Shown here in pieces: positions 8,821 through 11,639 of a stretch of DNA of 11,639 bases. The notes under the pieces are model-generated. The model did not search any database and was not told the origin of the DNA. It saw only the letters and a list, made by a program, of their open reading frames with translations. A program made the position numbers and the translations under genes. The stretch covers positions 1 to 11,639 of the forward strand of contig NW_021826928.1 in assembly GCF_006345805.1 (NCBI RefSeq). The letters run 5' to 3'. Source of the DNA: Octopus sinensis. Its lineage: Eukaryota. Within the stretch, counting starts at the first letter, position 1. Each line of letters begins with the position of its first letter.

Positions 8821-8963
8821 GTTATATTTAGGAATGGTCATTTTGCCAGTTTAGCCAATAAAAACAACACGCACCATATATTTGGAGTTACTTTGCTTCA
8901 CCAAATATATAGTGCGTGTGTTTAATTGGCTAAACTGGCAAAATGACCATTTCTAAATACAAC
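8821..8963. mobile_element. Near-perfect 143-bp hairpin, MITE-like
   Basis: Arms 8821-8885 and 8901-8963 differ by 4 mismatches and 2 single-base indels; 15-nt loop; lies between TA arrays. Confidence 0.8.
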
Positions 8964-9011
8964 CATGTTTGTTTCAATACACGATTTCACATAAAAAATC
9001 TTGTACAACAA

Positions 9012-9071
9012 ATATATATATATATATCTATATATATATATATATAGTATATATATATATATGTATATATG

Positions 9072-9105
<34 letters not shown>

Positions 9106-9155
9106 TGTATGTATGTATGTATGTATGTATGTATGCATGTATATATACATATATA
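9012..9155. repeat. (TA)n/(TATG)n compound microsatellite
   Basis: Directly visible. Confidence 0.97.
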
Positions 9156-10027
9156 CAGGGTGCAGTGAATGAACTGTCGTCTAAATTACGCTAAAATGAA
9201 AATAACACTGACTTCTCATTTTAAGATATATTTACCAAAAGGCACTTGATGTAGGCCCCCGAATCGAGTATGAGGCCGTGTGGGAAGATGAATGGATGCA
9301 TAACGTCGCCATCACTAATGATCACTTAAAACTCCATGATATTGACTGGAAATTTGATTTTTTCACACTCGGTACATGTTTTGGGGTCACAGTAAGTCAA
9401 CGATTGCTCTTTGTGTTCACCGTCTCATCCTGACAGAAATTTTTATCGTCTGAGAAAAACTAAAGTATGTTCGGTTGCAGGGGTTGCTTCAGTTTTCTCA
9501 AAAGCTTCGTAGCACGGTCTTTCCTCTCATCCTCAATAGCTTAGAATAAAAATAGGCCCTTTCTCATCTTGCATGAGGAATACCGAATGTCTTCATGCAT
9601 TACCTACCTGATAAGAAACTTAGACACTCCCATGTCTCTGGCGATGGTCGTCATTGACTTGAAGGGGTTCTTGTCAATCTTGACCAGGTGCTCTTTTCTT
9701 ATCAGAACGATCGGAGTGTGTTTTCCGAGCTGCCGTACCTTCGTAATCACCATTAGCCTCACCCAACTCTTGCCGAATCTTCTGCACTGTTTTTGACACC
9801 AAAACAGTCTGAAAGGTTCGTGTTGGAGCTTCCGGTGCGAATACCAAGCAATACAGCATGTATTTATCAAATTTCTGGCAGAGTGAATTTCGTCATGGAG
9901 CTGTTTTTTCTAACAGACGGTGCCCAACTGACCCTACTATACTGTGTAGTTGACAAAATCAAAAACAAACAATTTGCGTGCACAAAATTAAAAAATATAG
10001 TGTCGACCATATAGCCATTGCGGTCTG
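9156..10027 (-). mobile_element. Internally deleted Tc1/mariner DNA transposon
   Basis: TA|CAGGGTGCAGTG at the left end; degenerate reverse-complement TIR CATTGCGGTCTG|TG at the right end (about 16/28 matches). Contains a transposase remnant. Confidence 0.85.
9240..9896 (-). pseudogene. Tc1/mariner transposase pseudogene (HTH region plus first catalytic Asp)
   Basis: Across two frameshifts and several stops: MTKFTLPEI**IHAVLLGIRTGSSNTNLSDCFGV / KTVQKIRQELGEANGDYEGTAARKTHSDRSDKKR / IDKNPFKSMTTIARDMGVSKFLIR*VMHEDIRYSSCKMRKG...IL*FFSDDKNF...KFPVNIMEF*VIISDGDVMHPFIFPHGLILDSGAYIKCL. FSD(E/D)K is the first DDD/E motif. Confidence 0.9.
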
Positions 10028-10544
10028 TGTAAATATATATATATATATATATATATAGGTTGGTGCAAGGCCTGCAATTACACCCACACACATGCAACCA
10101 CAAATATATATATATATATATATTATATTATATATATATATAATATATATATCGTTGCTATTGTGTTAAACTGTCCTATGTCCAAATTTGGCCAAATGCG
10201 TTTTCTTTCAATTTAAATTTTGCTTGCAATAAACGGTTCTTTTGGTCAAACTATCCCTTCTCTAGCTGTTCAGGTAAAAATTAGCAAAATGTAGTACAAC
10301 GTTTAGCATTTTTTAAAGGATACGACAGTTTTGCAGAAATATTTCTGACTGAGAATATCATACAAGCAGGGAATTACGATTTTATGCTCCCAACAAATTG
10401 TTATTGCTAAAGTGAAACTGTTGGTAATGTAAAAAGAACTGGAATGGTGAAATTATTTTTTCGTTTCCTGAAAAAGCAAAGCTTTGGACTTACGACACGT
10501 TTTACATAATAGCATCGATATATATATAATATATATATATATAT

Positions 10545-10690
10545 AAATCGTTAGCCACTACACACATTTTTTCTCTCCCTGTTTTTTCTGTGTCCCTTTC
10601 TGTAGAAGAGCGTAGGCTCGAAACGTAAAAGACTTTTTCTATTCCTGAGCATTATACTTCGTCTTTTGTGCTTTTCGTAAACACTCCTTA
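10545..10690 (+). mobile_element. Short PLE pLTR-like remnant between microsatellites
   Basis: About 145-bp pyrimidine-rich unit flanked by (TA)n and (CA)n(TA)n, centred on a hammerhead-like motif. Confidence 0.55.
10596..10631 (+). ncRNA. Minimal type I hammerhead-like motif (A6U variant)
   Basis: cttt-CTGTAGA-A-GAGC gtag GCTC-GAAA-CG-TA-aaag. Perfect 4-bp helix I and helix II, palindromic ACGT helix III. Confidence 0.7.
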
Positions 10691-10729
10691 CACACACACA
10701 TACACACACACATATATATATATATACAT

Positions 10730-11040
10730 CGAAATTTAAGGCAGTGGAGCAGGTAAAATCCGATCTACATATGTTTCCTAGATAGTATATCCTCTGATGT
10801 AATATTTACTCAATGAGGGATACTCAATTACTCAGCTAGCTACACATATGGCTGAAGATACCTTAACGGCAATAGGATTCCTTAACGACGATGTAACCTT
10901 CACATAATTAAGGTATCTCTGGCCTGCTGATTAGCTAGCTGAATATTGCTCGTTAAGTCCTTATTAGATCAGAGGATATGCTAGCTAGGAAACATACGAA
11001 GCCTAGTTTTTACCTGCTCTACTCCATCAATTTGGTTTTT
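10730..11040. mobile_element. About 310-bp old imperfect palindrome with a decayed hammerhead in each arm
   Basis: Arms ~10730-10866 and ~10908-11040 (e.g. GAGCAGGTAAAA/TTTTACCTGCTC, ATATCCTCTGAT/ATCAGAGGATAT, GATACCTTAA/TTAAGGTATC). Confidence 0.85.
10921..11003 (+). ncRNA. Decayed type I hammerhead, right arm (mirror copy at 10763-10853, minus)
   Basis: ggc-CTGCTGA-TTAGCTAGC...GCTAGCTAG-GAAA-CATACG-AA-gcc. The left arm supplies GAAA-CATATG-TA and A6, so the two arms combine to a canonical CTGATGA...GAAACATATGTA core. Confidence 0.55.
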
Positions 11041-11177
11041 TATTCGCATTCATAACAACACAAGTTGCTAACCGTGAGTTATAAATTTTAAAAAAATCTT
11101 TCAGCTTATCGAAATTCAATATGGGGAGAATCCCACAAAGTTTGACGCCAAAGAATTATTATTGCTCCTGAAAGTTG

Positions 11178-11290
11178 ACTCACAAGATTTTGGTCGAACC
11201 GAGGGTAGAGCAGAAGGTACTTGCCCAAGATGCCACGTAGTGGGACTGAACCCGGAACCATGTAGTTGGGAATTTCTTTTCTCACAGTCA
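11178..11290 (-). mobile_element. Family A SINE, 5' fragment
   Basis: The reverse complement contains CATGGTTCCGGGTTCAGTCCCACTACGTGGCATCTTGGGCAAGT, matching 251-294. Confidence 0.88.
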
Positions 11291-11461
11291 AACCTTCACC
11301 GGTAAAAAAGTGGCTAGAATCGAACCCTATACCTCTGAAATTCTGTATGAGCGCTTGTACCATTAAGATAAACGGCCATTGATATTTATACACACGCACA
11401 CACACACACAACACACCCACACACACACACCCACACACATACGCACAAATAAATGTTCATA

Positions 11462-11639
11462 GGCGCAGGTGTGGCTGTGTGGTAAAAAGCTTGCTTCTCA
11501 AGCACATGGTTCCAGGTTCAGTCCCACTGTGCGGCATCTTGGGCAAGTACCTTCTACTACAGACTCTGGTCGACCAAAGCCTTGTGAGTGGATTTGGTAG
11601 AGTGAAACTTAAAGAAGCCCATCGTATAGATATATATAT
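11462..11639 (+). mobile_element. Family A SINE, cut by the window edge
   Basis: Colinear with 208-385, including A box, B box and the start of the internal (TA)n. Confidence 0.9.

Noticed and set aside
10056-10099. TAGGTTGGTGCAA, resembling an Hsmar1/MADE1-type TIR start
   Set aside because: Only about 13 bp match and the right end is an incomplete inverse.

Overview
AT-rich, microsatellite-dense eukaryotic (animal) DNA made mostly of transposable-element remnants. The repeat families resemble, from memory, octopus/cephalopod SINEs and mariners; this is inference, not a database result. None of the supplied ORFs is an intact gene: most translate microsatellites or SINEs, and three are fragments of a decayed Tc1/mariner transposase (9240-9896, minus). 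The window holds three families of tRNA-derived SINEs, two insertions with clear target-site duplications, three foldback/palindromic elements, and two candidate + strand exons (2764-2836, 3579-3663) that could encode a hydrophobic, GPI-signal-like C-terminus. The main hidden signal is up to eight type I minimal hammerhead-ribozyme (HHR) motifs with palindromic helix III, the form known from Penelope-like retroelements (PLEs). Four of them are outward-facing pairs in the arms of two unrelated non-coding palindromes (8134-8738 and 10730-11040), suggesting a recurring class of ribozyme-tipped foldback elements. All alignments and folds were done by eye.
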